This document shows positions 41,621 through 60,639 of a stretch of DNA of 64,000 nt, piece after piece. The notes below the pieces were generated by a model. The model was not told the origin of the DNA, did no database searches, and worked only from the letters and a program-made list of their open reading frames with translations. The stretch comes from Bugula neritina (lineage: Eukaryota; Animalia; Bryozoa): positions 1,054,001 through 1,118,000 of the forward strand of contig CAXIUT010000230.1 of the NCBI GenBank assembly GCA_964035545.1. The letters run 5' to 3'. Both the position numbers and the translations under genes were made by a program. Numbering within the stretch: position 1 is the stretch's first letter; every line of letters begins with the position of its first letter.

Positions 41621-44600
41621 ACACTGAAATACACTGAAACATAATGCAACATACTGCAACATACTGAAATACACTGTAACATATCGAAATGCACTGTAAC
41701 ATACTGCAACATACTGCAACATACTAAAATACACTGCAACATACTGAAATACATTGCAACACATTAAAATATACTGCGACATACTGAAACATACTGCAAC
41801 ATGCTGAAATATACTGCAACATACTGAAAGACACTATCACATATTGAAATATACAGCAACATACTGAATTACACTCTAACATACTGAAATATGCTGTAGC
41901 ATACTGAAATACACTGCAACACACTGAAGTATACTGTAATACACTGAAATGTAATGCAACATACTGAATTATACTGCAACATAGTGCAACATACTGAAAT
42001 ACACTGTGACACACTGAAATACACTGAAACATAATGCAACATACTGCAACATACTGAAATACACTGTAACATATCGAAATGCACTGCAACATACTGCAAC
42101 ATACTGCAACATACTAAAATACACTGCAACATACTGAAATACATTGCAACACATTAAAATATACTGCGACATACTGAAACATACTGCAACATGCTGAAAT
42201 ATACTGCAACATACTGAAAGACACTATCACATATTGAAATATACTGCAACATACTGAATTACACTCTAACATACTGAAATATGCTGTAGCATACTGAAAT
42301 ACACTGCAACACACTGAAGTATACTGTAATACACTGAAATGTAATGCAACATACTGAATTATACTGCAACATAGTGCAACATACTGAAATACACTACAAC
42401 ATACTCCAACATACTGAAATACACTGGAACATATAGAAATACACTGCGACACATTGAAACATACTGCAACATACTGAAGTATACTGCAAGATACTGCAAC
42501 ATACTGAAACAGACTGTGACATACTGAAATACACTGCAACATACTGCAAGATACCGCAACCTACTGAAATACACTGTAACATATTGAAATACACTGCATC
42601 ATACTGCAACATACTGAATTACACTGGAACATATTGATATACACTGCAACACACTGAAATATACTGCAACACACTGAAACATACGGCAATATACCAAAAT
42701 ATACTGCGACACCTTGAAAAATACTGCAACATACGAAATATACTGCAAGTGGTGCAACATACTGAAATACAATGTGACACACTGGAATACACTGCAACAT
42801 ACTGCAACATACTGCAACATACTGAAATACACTGTAACATATTGAATTACACTGCATCATACTGCAACATACTGAAAAACACTGGAACATATTGATATGC
42901 ACTGCAACTCATTGAAATATACTGCAACACACTGCAACATACGGCAGCATACCGAAATATACTGCGACACCTTGAAAAATACTGCAACATACTGAAATAT
43001 ACTGCAAGTGGTGCAACATACTGAATTACACTCTAACATACTGAAATATGCTGTAGCATACTGAAATACACTGCAACACACTGAAGTATACTGTAATACA
43101 CTGAAATGTAATGCAACATACTGAATTATACTGCAACATAGTGCAACATACTGAAATACACTGTGACACACTGAAATACACTGAAACATAATGCAACATA
43201 CTGCAACATACTGAAATACACTGTAACTTATCGAAATACACTGCAACATACTGCAACATACTGCAACATACTGAAATACACCGTAACATATCGAAATACA
43301 CTGCAACATACTGAAATGCACCGGAACATAATGGAATACCCTGCAACAGATTGAAATATACTGCGACAGACTGAAACATAAGGTAACACAATGAAGTATA
43401 CTGCGACACATTAAAATATACTGCAACATACTGAAATATACTGCAACATACTGAAATGTAATGTAATATACAGAAATGTACTGTAACATACTGAATTACA
43501 CTCTAACATACTGAAACATGCTGTAGCATACTGAAATACACTGCAACACACTGAAGTATACTGTAATACACTGAAATGTGATGCAACATACTGAGTTATA
43601 CTGTAACATACTGTAACATAATAAAATACACTGCAACACATTAAAATATACTGCAACATACTGAAACATACTGCAACATACTGAAATACACTGTGACACA
43701 CTGAAATACACTGCAACATACTGAAATACATTGCAACACATTAAAATATATTGCGACATACTGAAACATACTCCAACATGCTGAAATATACTGCAACATA
43801 CTGAAATACACTATCACATATTGAAATATACTGCAACATATTGAATTACACTCTAACATACTGAAATATGCTGTAGCATACTGAAATACACTGCAACACA
43901 CTGAAGTAAACTGTAATACACTGAAATGTAATGCAAAATACTGAATTATACTGCAACATAGTGCAACATACTGAAATACACTACAACATACTGCAACATA
44001 CTGAAATAGACTGGAACATATTGAAATACACTGCGACACATTGAAACATACTGCAACATACTGAAATATACTGCAAGATACTGCAACATACTGAAACAGA
44101 CTGTGACAAACTGAAATACACTGCAACATACTGCAAGATACCGCAACCTACTGAAATACACTGTAATATATTGAAATACACTGCATCATACTGCAACATA
44201 CTGAATTACACTGGAACATATCGATTTACACTGCAACACATTGAAATATATTGCAACACACTGAAACATACGGCAATATACCAAAATATACTGCGACACC
44301 TTAAAAAATACTGCAACATACGAAATATACTGCAAGTGGTGGAACATACTGAAATACAATGTGACACACTGGAATACACTGCAACATACTGCAACATACT
44401 GCAACATACTGAAATACACTGTAACATATTGAATTACACTGCATCATACTGCAACATACTGAAAAACACTGGAACATATTGATATGCACTGCAACTCATT
44501 GAAATATACTGCAACACACTGCAACATACGGCAGCATACCGAAATATACTGCGACACCTTGAAAAATACTGCAACATACTGAAATATACTGCAAGTGGTG

Positions 44601-47600
44601 CAACATACTGAATTACACTCTAACATACTGAAATATGCTGTAGCATACTGAAATACACTGCAACACACTGAAATACACTGAAACATAATGCAACATACTG
44701 CAACATACTGAAATACACTGTAACATATCGAAATGCACTGTAACATACTGCAACATACTGCAACATACTAAAATACACTGCAACATACTGAAATACATTG
44801 CAACACATTGAAATATACTGCGACATACTGAAACATACTGCAACATGCTGAAATATACTGCAACATACTGAAAGACACTATCACATATTGAAATATACAG
44901 CAACATACTGAATTACACTCTAACATACTGAAATATGCTGTAGCATACTGAAATACACTGCAACACACTGAAGTATACTGTAATACACTGAAATGTAATG
45001 CAACATACTGAATTATACTGCAACATAGTGCAACATACTGAAATACACTGTGACACACTGAAATACACTGAAACATAATGCAACATACTGCAACATACTG
45101 AAATACACTGTAACATATCGAAATGCACTGCAACATACTGCAACATACTGCAACATACTAAAATACACTGCAACATACTGAAATACATTGCAACACATTA
45201 AAATATACTGCGACATACTGAAACATACTGCAACATGCTGAAATATACTGCAACATACTGAAAGACACTATCACATATTGAAATATACTGCAACATACTG
45301 AATTACACTCTAACATACTGAAATATGCTGTAGCATACTGAAATACACTGCAACACACTGAAGTATACTGTAATACACTGAAATGTAATGCAACATACTG
45401 AATTATACTGCAACATAGTGCAACATACTGAAATACACTACAACATACTCCAACATACTGAAATACACTGGAACATATAGAAATACACTGCGACACATTG
45501 AAACATACTGCAACATACTGAAGTATACTGCAAGATACTGCAACATACTGAAACAGACTGTGACATACTGAAATACACTGCAACATACTGCAAGATACCG
45601 CAACCTACTGAAATACACTGTAACATATTGAAATACACTGCATCATACTGCAACATACTGAATTACACTGGAACATATTGATATACACTGCAACACATTG
45701 AAATATACTGCAACACACTGAAACATACGGCAATATACCAAAATATACTGCGACACCTTGAAAAATACTGCGACATACGAAATATACTGCAAGTGGTGCA
45801 ACATACTGAAATACAATGTGACACACTGGAATACACTGCAACATACTGCAACATACTGAAATATTGTGCGACACAATAAAATATACTGCAACATATTGAA
45901 ATATACTGTAATATACTGCAACATACTAAAATACACTGCAACACATTAAAATATGCTGCAACATACTGAAACATACTGCAACATACTGAAATACACTGTG
46001 AAACACTGAAATACACTGCAACATACTGCAATATACTGCAACATACTAAAATACACTGCAAGACATTAAAATATACTGCAACATACTGAAACATACTGCA
46101 ACATACTGAAATATACTGCAACACACTGAAACATACGGCAACATACCGAAATAAACTGCGACACTTTGAAAATTATTTCAACATACTGAAATATACTGCG
46201 ACGCCTTAAAATATACTGCAACATACTGAATTAGACTGCAAGTGGTGCAACATACTGAAATACACTGTGACACACTGAAATACACTGCAACATACTGCAA
46301 CATACTGCAACATACTGAAATATTGTGCGACACACTGGAATACACTGCAATATACTGCAACATACTGCAACATACTGAATTACACTGGAACATATTGATA
46401 TACACTGCAACACATTGAAATATACTGCAACACACTGAACCATATGGCAACATACCGAAATTTACTGCGACACACTGAAAAATACTGCAACATACGAATT
46501 ATACTTCAAGCGGTGCAACATACTGAAATACAATGTGACACACTGAAATACACTGCAACATACTGCAACATACTGCAACATACTGCAACATACTGAAATA
46601 TTGTGCGACACATTGAAATATACTGCAACGTATTGAAATATACTGTAACATACTGCAACATACTAAAATACACTGCAACATACTGAAATACATTGCAACA
46701 CATTAAAATATACTGCGACATACTGAAACATACTGCAACATGCTGAAATATACTGCAACATACTGAAATACACTATCACATATTGAACTATACTGCAACA
46801 TACTGAATTACACTCTAACATACTGAAATATGCTGTAGCATACTGAAATACACTGCAACACACTGAAGTATACGGTAATACACTGAAATGTAATGCAACA
46901 TACTGATTTATACTGCAACATAGTGCAACATACTGAAATACACTACAACATACTGCATCATACTGAAATACACTGGAACATATTGATATACACTGCGACA
47001 CATTGAAACATACTGCAACATACTGAAATATACTGCAAGATACTGCAACATACTGAAACAGACTGTGACATACTGAAATACACTGCAACATACTGCAAGA
47101 TACCGCAACCTACTGAAATACACTGTAACATATTGAAATACACTGCATCATACTGCAACATACTGAATTACACTGGAACATATTGATATACACTGCAACA
47201 CACTGAAATATACTGCAACACACTGAAACATACGGCAATATACCAAAATATACTGCGACACCTTGAAAAATACTGCAACATACGAAATATACTGCAAGTG
47301 GTGCAACATACTGAAATACATTGTGACACACTGGAATACACTGCAACATACTGCAACATACTGCAACATACTGAAATACACTGTAACATATTGAATTACA
47401 CTGCATCATACTGCAACATACTGAAAAACACTGGAACATATTGATATGCACTGCAACTCATTGAAATATACTGCAACACACTGCAACATACGGCAGCATA
47501 CCGAAATATACTGCGACACCTTGAAAAATACTGCAACATACTGAAATATACTGCAAGTGGTGCAACATACTGAATTACACTCTAACATACTGAAATATGC

Positions 47601-50600
47601 TGTAGCATACTGAAATACCCTGCAACACACTGAATTATACTGTAATACACTGAAATGTAATGCAACATACTGAATTATACTGCAACATAGTGCAACATAC
47701 TGAAATACACTGTGACACACTGAAATACACTGAAACATAATGCAACATACTGCAACATACTGAAATACACTGTAACATATCGAAATACACTGCAACATAC
47801 TGCAACATACTGCAACATACTGAAATACACCGTAACATATCGAAATACACTGCAACATACTGCAACATACTGAAATGCACCGGAACATAATGGAATACCC
47901 TGCAACAGATTGAAATATACTGCGACAGACTGAAACATAAGGTAACACAATGAAGTATACTGCGACACATTAAAATATACTGCAACATACTGAAATATAC
48001 TGCAACATACTGAAATGTAATGTAATATACAGAAATGTACTGTAACATACTGAATTACACTCTAACATACTGAAACATGCTGTAGCATACTGAAATACAC
48101 TGCAACACACTGAAGTATACTGTAATACACTGAAATGTGATGCAACATACTGAATTATACTGCAACATAGTGCAACATACTGAAATACACTACAACAAAC
48201 TGCAACATACTGAAATACACTGGAACATATTGAAATACACTGCGACACATTGAAACATACTGCAACATACTGAAATACACTGGGACACATTGAAATATAC
48301 TGTAACATACTGTAACATAATAAAATACACTGCAACACATTAAATTATACTGCAACATACTGAAACATACTGCAACATACTGCAACATACTGAAATACAC
48401 CGTAACATATCGAAATACACTGCAACATACTGCAACATACTGAAATGCACCGGAACATAATGGAATACCCTGCAACAGATTGAAATATACTGCAACAGAC
48501 TGAAACATAAGGTAACACAATGAAGTATACTGCGACACATTAAAATATACTGCAACATACTGAAATATACTGCAACATACTGAAATGTAATGTATTATAC
48601 AGAAATGTACTGTAACATACTGAATTACACTCTAACATACTGAAACATGCTGTAGCATACTGAAACACTGCAACACACTGAAGTATACTGTAATACACTG
48701 AAATGTGATGCAACATACTGAATTATACTGCAACATAGTGCAACATACTGAAATACACTACAACAAACTGCAACATACTGAAATACACTGGAACATATTG
48801 AAATACACTGCGACACATTGAAATATACTGCAACATACTGAAATACACTGGGACACATTGAAATATACTGTAACATACTGCAACATACTAAAATACACTG
48901 CAACACATTAAAATATACTGCAACATACTGAAACATACTGCAACATACTGAAATACACTGTGACACACTGAAATACACTGCAACATACTGCAACATACTG
49001 CAACATACTGAATTACACTGGAACATATTGATATACACTGCAACACATTGAAATATACTGCAACACACTGAACCATATGGCAACATACCGAAATTTACTG
49101 CGACACACTGAAAAATACTGCAACATACGAATTATACTTCAAGCGGTGCAACATACTGAAATACAATGTGACACACTGAAATACACTGCAACATACTGCA
49201 ACATACTGCAACATACTGAAATATTGTGCGACACATTGAATTATACTGCAACGTATTGAAATATACTGTAACATACTGCAACATACTAAAATACACTGCA
49301 ACATACTGAAATACATTGCAACACATTAAAATATACTGCGACATACTGAAACATACTGCAACATGCTGAAATATACTGCAACATACTGAAATACACTATA
49401 ACATATTGAAATATACTGCAACATACTGAATTACACTCTAACATACTGAAATATGCTGTAGCATACTGAAATACACTGCAACACACTGAAGTATACTGTA
49501 ATACACTGAAATGTAATGCAACATACTGAATTATACTGCAACATAGTGCAACATACTGAAATACACTACAACATACTCCAACATACTGAAATACACTGGA
49601 ACATATTGAAATACACTGCGACACATTGAAACATACTGCAACATACTGAAGTATACTGCAAGATACTGCAACATACTGAAACAGACTGTGACATACTGAA
49701 ATACACTGCAACATACTGCAAGATACCGCAACCTACTGAAATACACTGTAACATATTGAAATACACTGCATCATACTGCAACATACTGAATTACACTGGA
49801 ACATATTGATATACACTGCAACACATTGAAATATACTGCAACACACTGAAACATACGGCAATATACCAAAATATACTGCGACACCTTGAAAAATACTGCA
49901 ACATACGAAATATACTGCAAGTGGTGCAACATACTGAAATACAATGTGACACACTGGAATACACTGCAACATACTGCAACATACTGAAATATTGTGCGAC
50001 ACAATAAAATATACTGCAACATATTGAAATATACTGTAATATACTGCAACATACTAAAATACACTGCAACACATTAAAATATACTGCAACATACTGAAAC
50101 ATACTGCAACATACTGAAATACACTGTGACACACTGAAATACACTGCAACATACTGCAACATACTGCAACATACTAAAATACACTGCAAGACATTAAAAT
50201 ATACTGCAACATACTGAAACATACTGCAACATACTGAAATATACTGCAACACACTGAAACATACGGCAACATACCGAAATAAACTGCAACACGTTGAAAA
50301 TTATTTCAACATACTGAAATATACTGCGACGCCTTAAAATATACTGCAACATACTGAAATAGACTGCAAGTGGTGCAACATACTGAAATACACTGTGACA
50401 CACTGAAATACACTGCAACATACTGCAACATACTGCAACATACTGAAATATTGTGCGACACACTGAAATACACTGCAATATACTGCAACATACTGCAACA
50501 TACTGAATTACACTGGAACATATTGATATACACTGCAACACATTGAAATATACTGCAACACACTGAACCATATGGCAACATACCGAAATTTACTGCGACA

Positions 50601-53600
50601 CACTGAAAAATACTGCAACATACGAATTATACTTCAAGCGGTGCAACATACTGAAATACAATGTGACACACTGAAATACACTGCAACATACTGCAACATA
50701 CTGCAACATACTGAAATATTGTGCGACACATTGAAATATACTGCAACGTATTGAAATATACTGTAACATACTGCAACATACTAAAATACACTGCAACATA
50801 CTGAAATACATTGCAACACATTAAAATATACTGCGACATACTGAAACATACTGCAACATGCTGAAATATACTGCAACATACTGAAATACACTATCACATA
50901 TTGAAATATACTGCAACATACTGAATTACACTCTAACATACTGAAATATGCTGTAGCATACTGAAATACACTGCAACACACTGAAGTATACGGTAATACA
51001 CTGAAATGTAATGCAACATACTGAATTATACTGCAACATAGTGCAACATACTGAAATACACTACAACATACTGCATCATACTGAAATACACTGGAACATA
51101 TTGAAATACACTGCGACACATTGAAACATACTGCAACATACTGAAATATACTGCAAGATACTGCAACATACTGAAACAGACTGTGACATACTGAAATACA
51201 CTGCAACATACTGCAAGATACCGCAACCTACTGAAATACACTGTAACATATTGAAATACACTGCATCATACTGCAACATACTGAATTACACTGGAACATA
51301 TTGATATACACTGCAACACACTGAAATATACTGCAACACACTGAAACATACGGCAATATACCAAAATATACTGCGACACCTTGAAAAATACTGCAACATA
51401 CGAAATATACTGCAAGTGGTGCAACATACTGAAATACAATGTGACACACTGGAATACACTGCAACATACTGCAACATACTGCAACATACTGAAATACACT
51501 GTAACATATTGATCTACACTGCATCATACTGCAACATACTGAAAAACACTGGAACATATTGATATGCACTGCAACTCATTGAAATATACTGCAACACACT
51601 GCAACATACGGCAGCATACCGAAATATACTGCGACACCTTGAAAAATACTGCAACATACTGAAATATACTGCAAGTGGTGCAACATACTGAATTACACTC
51701 TAACATACTGAAATATGCTGTAGCATACTGAAATACACTGCAACACACTGAAGTATACTGTAATACACTGAAATGTAATGCAACATACTGAATTATACTG
51801 CAACATAGTGCAACATACTGAAATACACTGTGACACACTGAAATACACTGAAACATAATGCAACATACTGCAACATACTGAAATACACTGTAACTTATCG
51901 AAATACACTGCAACATACTGCAACATACTGCAACATACTGAAATACACCGTAACATATCGAAATACACTGCAACATACTGAAATGCACCGGAACATAATG
52001 GAATACCCTGCAACAGATTGAAATATACTGCGACAGACTGAAACATAAGGTAACACAATGAAGTATACTGCGACACATTAAAATATACTGCAACATACTG
52101 AAATATACTGCAACATACTGAAATGTAATGTAATATACAGAAATGTACTGTAACATACTGAATTACACTCTAACATACTGAAACATGCTGTAGCATACTG
52201 AAATACACTGCAACACACTGAAGTATACTGTAATACACTGAAATGTGATGCAACATACTGAATTATACTGCAACATAGTGCAACATACTGAAATACACTG
52301 GAACATATTGAAATACACTGCGACACATTGAAACATACTGCAACATACTGAAATACACTGGGACACATTGAAATATACTGTAACATACTGAAATACATTG
52401 CAACACATTAAAATATATTGCGACATACTGAAACATACTCCAACATGCTGAAATATACTGCAACATACTGAAATACACTATCACATATTGAAATATACTG
52501 CAACATACTGAATTACACTCTAACATACTGAAATATGCTGTAGCATACTGAAATACACTGCAACACACTGAAGTAAACTGTAATACACTGAAATGTAATG
52601 CAAAATACTGAATTATACTGCAACATAGTGCAACATACTGAAATACACTACAACATACTGCAACATACTGAAATAGACTGGAACATATTGAAATACACTG
52701 CGACACATTGAAACATACTGCAACATACTGAAATATACTGCAAGATACTGCAACATACTGAAACAGACTGTGACAAACTGAAATACACTGCAACATACTG
52801 CAAGATACCGCAACCTACTGAAATACACTGTAATATATTGAAATACACTGCATCATACTGCAACATACTGAATTACACTGGAACATATCGATTTACACTG
52901 CAACACATTGAAATATACTGCAACACACTGAAACATACGGCAATATACCAAAATATACTGCGACACCTTAAAAAATACTGCAACATACGAAATATACTGC
53001 AAGTGGTGGAACATACTGAAATACAATGTGACACACTGGAATACACTGCAACATACTGCAACATACTGCAACATACTGAAATACACTGTAACATATTGAA
53101 TTACACTGCATCATACTGCAACATACTGAAAAACACTGGAACATATTGATATGCACTGCAACTCATTGAAATATACTGCAACACACTGCAACATACGGCA
53201 GCATACCGAAATATACTGCGACACCTTGAAAAATACTGCAACATACTGAAATATACTGCAAGTGGTGCAACATACTGAATTACACTCTAACATACTGAAA
53301 TATGCTGTAGCATACTGAAATACACTGCAACACACTGAAGTATACTGTAATACACTGAAATGTAATGCAACATACTGAATTATACTGCAACATAGTGCAA
53401 CATACTGAAATACACTGTGACACACTGAAATACACTGAAACATAATGCAACATGCTGCAACATACTGAAATACACTGTATTATATCGAAATACACTGCAA
53501 CATACTGCAACATACTGCAACATACTGAAATACACCGTAACATATCGAAATACACTGCAACATACTGCAACATACTGAAATGCACCGGAATATAATGGAA

Positions 53601-56600
53601 TACCCTGCAACAGATTGAAATATACTGCAACAGACTGAAACATAAGGTAACACAATGAAGTATACTGCGACACATTATAATATACTGCAACATACTGAAA
53701 TATACTGCAACATACTGAAATGTAATGTATTATACAGAAATGTACTGTAACATACTGAATTACACTCTAACATACTGAAACATGCTGTAGCATACTGAAA
53801 TACACTGCAACACACTGGAGTATACTGTAATACACCGAAATGTGATGCAACATACTGAATTATACTGCAACATAGTGCAACATACTGAAATACACTACAA
53901 CAAACTGCAACATACTGAAATACACTGGAACATATTGAAATACACTGCGACACATTGAAACATACTGCAACATACTGAAATACACTGGGACACATTGAAA
54001 TATACTGTAACATACTGCAACATACTAAAATACACTGCAACACATTAAAATATACTGCAACATACTGAAACATACTGCAACATACTGAAATACACTGTGA
54101 CACACTGAAATACACTGCAACATACTGCAACATACTGCAACATACTGAATTACACTGGAACATATTGATATACACTGCAACACATTGAAATATACTGCAA
54201 CACACTGAACCATATGGCAACATACCGAAATTTACTGCGACACACTGAAAAATACTGCAACATACGAATTATACTTCAAGCGGTGCAACATACTGAAATA
54301 CAATGTGACACACTGAAATACACTGCAACTTACTGCAACATACTGCAACATACTGCAACATACTGAAATATTGTGCGACACATTGAAACATACTGCAACG
54401 CATTGAAATATACTGTAACATACTGCAACATACTAAAATACACTGCAACATACTGAAATACATTGCAACACATTAAAATATACTGCGACATACTGAAACA
54501 TACTGCAACATGCTGAAATATACTGCAACATACTGAAATACACTATCACATATTGAAATATACTGCAACATACTGAATTACACTCTAACATACTGAAATA
54601 TGCTGTAGCATACTGAAATACACTGCAACACACTGAAGTATACGGTAATACACTGAAATGTAATGCAACATACCGAATTATACTGCAACATAGTGCAACA
54701 TACTGAAATACACTACAACATACTGCATCATACTGAAATACACTGGAACATATTGAAATACACTGCGACACATTGAAACATACTGCAACATACTGAAATA
54801 TACTGCAAGATACTGCAACATACTGAAACAGACTGTGACATACTGAAATACACTGCAACATACTGCAAGATACCGCAACCTACTGAAATACACTGTAACA
54901 TATTGAAATACACTGCATCATACTGCAACATACTGAATTACACTGGAACATATTGATATACACTGCAACACACTGAAATATACTGCAACACACTGAAACA
55001 TACGGCAATATACCAAAATATACTGCGACACCTTGAAAAATACTGCAACATACGAAATATACTGCAAGTGGTGCTACATACTGAAATACAATGTGACACA
55101 CTGGAATACACTGCAACATACTGCAACATACTGCAACATACTGAAATACACTGTAACATATTGAATTACACTGCATCATACTGCAACATACTGAAAAACA
55201 CTGGAACATATTGATATGCACTGCAACTCATTGAAATATACTGCAACACACTGCAACATACGGCAGCATACCGAAATATACTGCGACACCTTGAAAAATA
55301 CTGCAACATACTGAAATAAACTGCAAGTGGTGCAACATACTGAATTACACTCTAACATACTGAAATATGCTGTAGCATACTGAAATACACTGCAACACAC
55401 TGAAATACACTGAAACATAATGCAACATACTGCAACATACTGAAATACACTGTAACATATCGAAATGCACTGCAACATACTGCAACATACTGCAACATAC
55501 TAAAATACACTGCAACATACTGAAATACATTGCAACACATTAAAATATACTGCGACATACTGAAACATACTGCAACATGCTGAAATATACTGCAACATAC
55601 TGAAAGACACTATCACATATTGAAATATACTGCAACATACTGAATTACACTCTAACATACTGAAATATGCTGTAGCATACTGAAATACACTGCAACACAC
55701 TGAAGTATACTGTAATACACTGAAATGTAATGCAACATACTGAATTATACTGCAACATAGTGCAACATACTGAAATACACTGTGACACACTGAAATACAC
55801 TGAAACATAATGCAACATACTGCAACATACTGAAATACACTGTAACATATCGAAATGCACTGCAACATACTGCAACATACTGCAACATACTAAAATACAC
55901 TGCAACATACTGAAATACATTGCAACACATTAAAATATACTGCGACATACTGAAACATACTGCAACATGCTGAAATATACTGCAACATACTGAAAGACAC
56001 TATCACATATTGAAATATACTGCAACATACTGAATTACACTCTAACATACTGAAATATGCTGTAGCATACTGAAATACACTGCAACACACTGAAGTATAC
56101 TGTAATACACTGAAATGTAATGAAACATACTGAATTATACTGCAACATAGTGCAACATACTGAAATACACTACAACATACTCCAACATACTGAAATACAC
56201 TGGAACATATAGAAATACACTGCGACACATTGAAACATACTGCAACATACTGAAGTATACTGCAAGATACTGCAACATACTGAAACAGACTGTGACATAC
56301 TGAAATACACTGCAACATACTGCAAGATACCGCAACCTACTGAAATACACTGTAACATATTGAAATACACTGCATCATACTGCAACATACTGAATTACAC
56401 TGGAACATATTGATATACACTGCAACACATTGAAATATACTGCAACACACTGAAACATACGGCAATATACCAAAATATACTGCGACACCTTGAAAAATAC
56501 TGCGACATACGAAATATACTGCAAGTGGTGCAACATACTGAAATACAATGTGACACACTGGAATACACTGCAACATACTGCAACATACTGAAATATTGTG

Positions 56601-59090
56601 CGACACAATAAAATATACTGCAACATATTGAAATATACTGTAATATACTGCAACATACTAAAATACACTGCAACACATTAAAATATGCTGCAACATACTG
56701 AAACATACTGCAACATACTGAAATACACTGTGACACACTGAAATACACTGCAACATACTGCAATATACTGCAACATACTAAAATACACTGCAAGACATTA
56801 AAATATACTGCAACATACTGAAACATACTGCAACATACTGAAATATACTGCAACACACTGAAACATACGGCAACATACCGAAATAAACTGCGACACGTTG
56901 AAAATTATTTCAACATACTGAAATATACTGCGACGCCTTAAACTATACTGCAACATACTGAATTAGACTGCAAGTGGTGCAACATACTGAAATACACTGT
57001 GACACACTGAAATACACTGCAACATACTGCAACATACTGCAACATACTGAAATATTGTGCGACACACTGGAATACACTGCAATATACTGCAACATACTGC
57101 AACATACTGAATTACACTGGAACATATTGATATACACTGCAACACATTGAAATATACTGCAACACCCTGAACCATATGGCAACATACCGAAATTTACTGC
57201 GACACACTGAAAAATACTGCAACATACGAATTATACTTCAAGCGGTGCAACATACTGAAATACAATGTGACACACTGAAATACACTGCAACATACTGCAA
57301 CATACTGCAACATACTGCAACATACTGAAATATTGTGCGACACATTGAAATATACTGCAACGTATTGAAATATACTGTAACATACTGCAACATACTAAAA
57401 TACACTGCAACATACTGAAATACATTGCAACACATTAAAATATACTGCGACATACTGAAACATACTGCAACATGCTGAAATATACTGCAACATACTGAAA
57501 TACACTATCACATATTGAACTATACTGAAACATACTTAATTACACTCTAACATACTGAAATATGCTGTAGCATACTGAAATACACTGCAAAACACTGAAG
57601 TATACGGTAATACACTGAAATGTAATGCAACATACTGATTTATACTGCAACATAGTGCAACATACTGAAATACACTACAACATACTGCATCATACTGAAA
57701 TACACTGGAACATATTGAAATACACTGCGACACATTGAAACATACTGCAACATACTGAAATATACTGCAAGATACTGCAACATACTGAAACAGACTGTGA
57801 CATACTGAAATACACTGCAACATACTGCAAGATACCGCAACCTACTGAAATACACTGTAACATATTGAAATACACTGCATCATACTGCAACATACTGAAT
57901 TACACTGGAACATATTGATATACACTGCAACACACTGAAATATACTGCAACACACTGAAACATACGGCAATATACCAAAATATACTGCGACACCTTGAAA
58001 AATACTGCAACATACGAAATATACTGCAAGTGGTGCAACATACTGAAATACAATGTGACACACTGGAATACACTGCAACATACTGCAACATACTGCAACA
58101 TACTGAAATACACTGTAACATATTGAATTACACTGCATCATACTGCAACATACTGAAAAACACTGGAACATATTGATATGCACTGCAACTCATTGAAATA
58201 TACTGCAACACACTGCAACATACGGCAGCATACCGAAATATGCTGCGACACCTTGAAAAATACTGCAACATACTGAAATATACTGCAAGTGGTGCAACAT
58301 ACTGAATTACACTCTAACATACTGAAATATGCTGTAGCATACTGAAATACACTGCAACACACTGAAGTATACTGTAATACACTGAAATGTAATGCAACAT
58401 ACTGAATTATACTGCAACATAGTGCAACATACTGAAATACACTGTGACACACTGAAATACACTGAAACATAATGCAACATACTGCAACATACTGAAATAC
58501 ACTGTAACATATCGAAATACACTGCAACATACTGCAACATACTGCAACATACTGAAATACACCGTAACATATCGAAATACACTGCAACATACTGCAACAT
58601 ACTGAAATGCACCGGAACATAATGGAATACCCTGCAACAGATTGAAATATACTGCGACAGACTGAAACATAAGGTAACACAATGAAGTATACTGCGACAC
58701 ATTAAAATATACTGCAACATACTGAAATATACTGCAACATACTGAAATGTAATGTAATATACAGAAATGTACTGTAACATACTGAATTACACTCTAACAT
58801 ACTGAAACATGCTGTAGCATACTGAAATACACTGCAACACACTGAAGTATACTGTAATACACTGAAATGTGATGCAACATACTGAATTATACTGCAACAT
58901 AGTGCAACATACTGAAATACACTACAACAAACTGCAACATACTGAAATACACTGGAACATATTGAAATACACTGCGACACATTGAAACATACTGCAACAT
59001 ACTGAAATACACTGGGACACATTGAAATATACTGTAACATACTGTAACATAATAAAATACACTGCAACACATTAAAATATACTGCAACAT
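38620..59090. repeat. Overlapping higher-order duplications at offsets 3044, 10732 and 13776 bp
   Basis: Offset 3044: 41400/44444, 42114/45158. Offset 10732: 44444/55176, 46499/57231, 47970/58702. Offset 13776: 39062/52838, 39899/53675, 42114/55890. Confidence 0.8.
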
Positions 59091-60639
59091 ACTGAAACAT
59101 ACTGCAACATACTGAAATACACTGTGACACACTGAAATACACTGCAACATACTGAAATACATTGCAACACATTAAAATATATTGCGACATACTGAAACAT
59201 ACTGCAACATGGTGAAATATACTGCAACATACTGAAATACACTATCACATATTGAATTATACTGCAACATACTGAATTACACTCTAACATACTGAAATAT
59301 GCTGTAGCATACTGAAATACACTGCAACACACTGAAGTATACTGTAATACACTGAAATGTAATGCAAAATACTGAATTATACTGCAACATAGTGCAACAT
59401 ACTGAAATACACTACAACATACTGCAACATACTGAAATACACTGGAACATATTGAAATACACTGCGACACATTGAAACATACTGCAACATACTGAAATAT
59501 ACTGCAAGATACTGCAACATACTGAAACAGACTGTGACATACTGAAATACACTGCAACATACTGCAAGATACCGCAACCTACTGAAATACACTGTAACAT
59601 ATTGAAATACACTGCATCATACTGCAACATACTGAATTACACTGGAACATATTGATTTACACTGCAACACATTGAAATATACTGCAACACACTGAAACAT
59701 ACGGCAATATACCAAAATATACTGCGACACCTTGAAAAATACTGCAACATACGAAATATACTGCAAGTGGTGGAACATACTGAAATACAATGTGACACAC
59801 TGGAATACACTGCAACATACTGCAAAATACTGCAACATACTGAAATACACTGTAACATATTGAATTACACTGCATCATACTGCAACATACTGAAAAACAC
59901 TGGAACATATTGATATGCACTGCAACTCATTGAAATATACTGCAACACACTGCAACATACGGCAGCATACCGAAATATACTGCGACACCTTGAAAAATAC
60001 TGCAACATACTGAAATATACTGCAAGTGGTGCAACATACTGAATTACACTCTAACATAGTGAAATATGCTGTAGCATACTGAAATACACTGCAACACACT
60101 GAAGTATACTGTAATACACTGAAATGTAATGCAACATACTGAATTATACTGCAACATAGTGCAACATACTGAAATACACTGTGACACACTGAAATACACT
60201 GAAACATAATGCAACATACTGAAATGCACCGGAACATAATGGAATACCCTGCAACAGATTGAAATATACTGCAACAGACTGAAACATAAGGTAACACAAT
60301 GAAGTATACTGCGACACATTAAAATATACTGCAACATACTGAAATATACTGCAACATACTGAAATGTAATGTATTATACAGAAATGTACTGTAACATACT
60401 GAATTACACTCTAACATACTGAAACATGCTGTAGCATACTGAAATACACTGCAACACACTGAAGTATACTGTAATACACTGAAATGTGATGCAACATACT
60501 GAATTATACTGCAACAAACTGCAACATACTGAAATACACTGGAACATATTGAAATACACTGCGACACATTGAAACATACTGCAACATACTGAAATACACT
60601 GGGACACATTGAAATATACTGTAACATACTGCAACATAC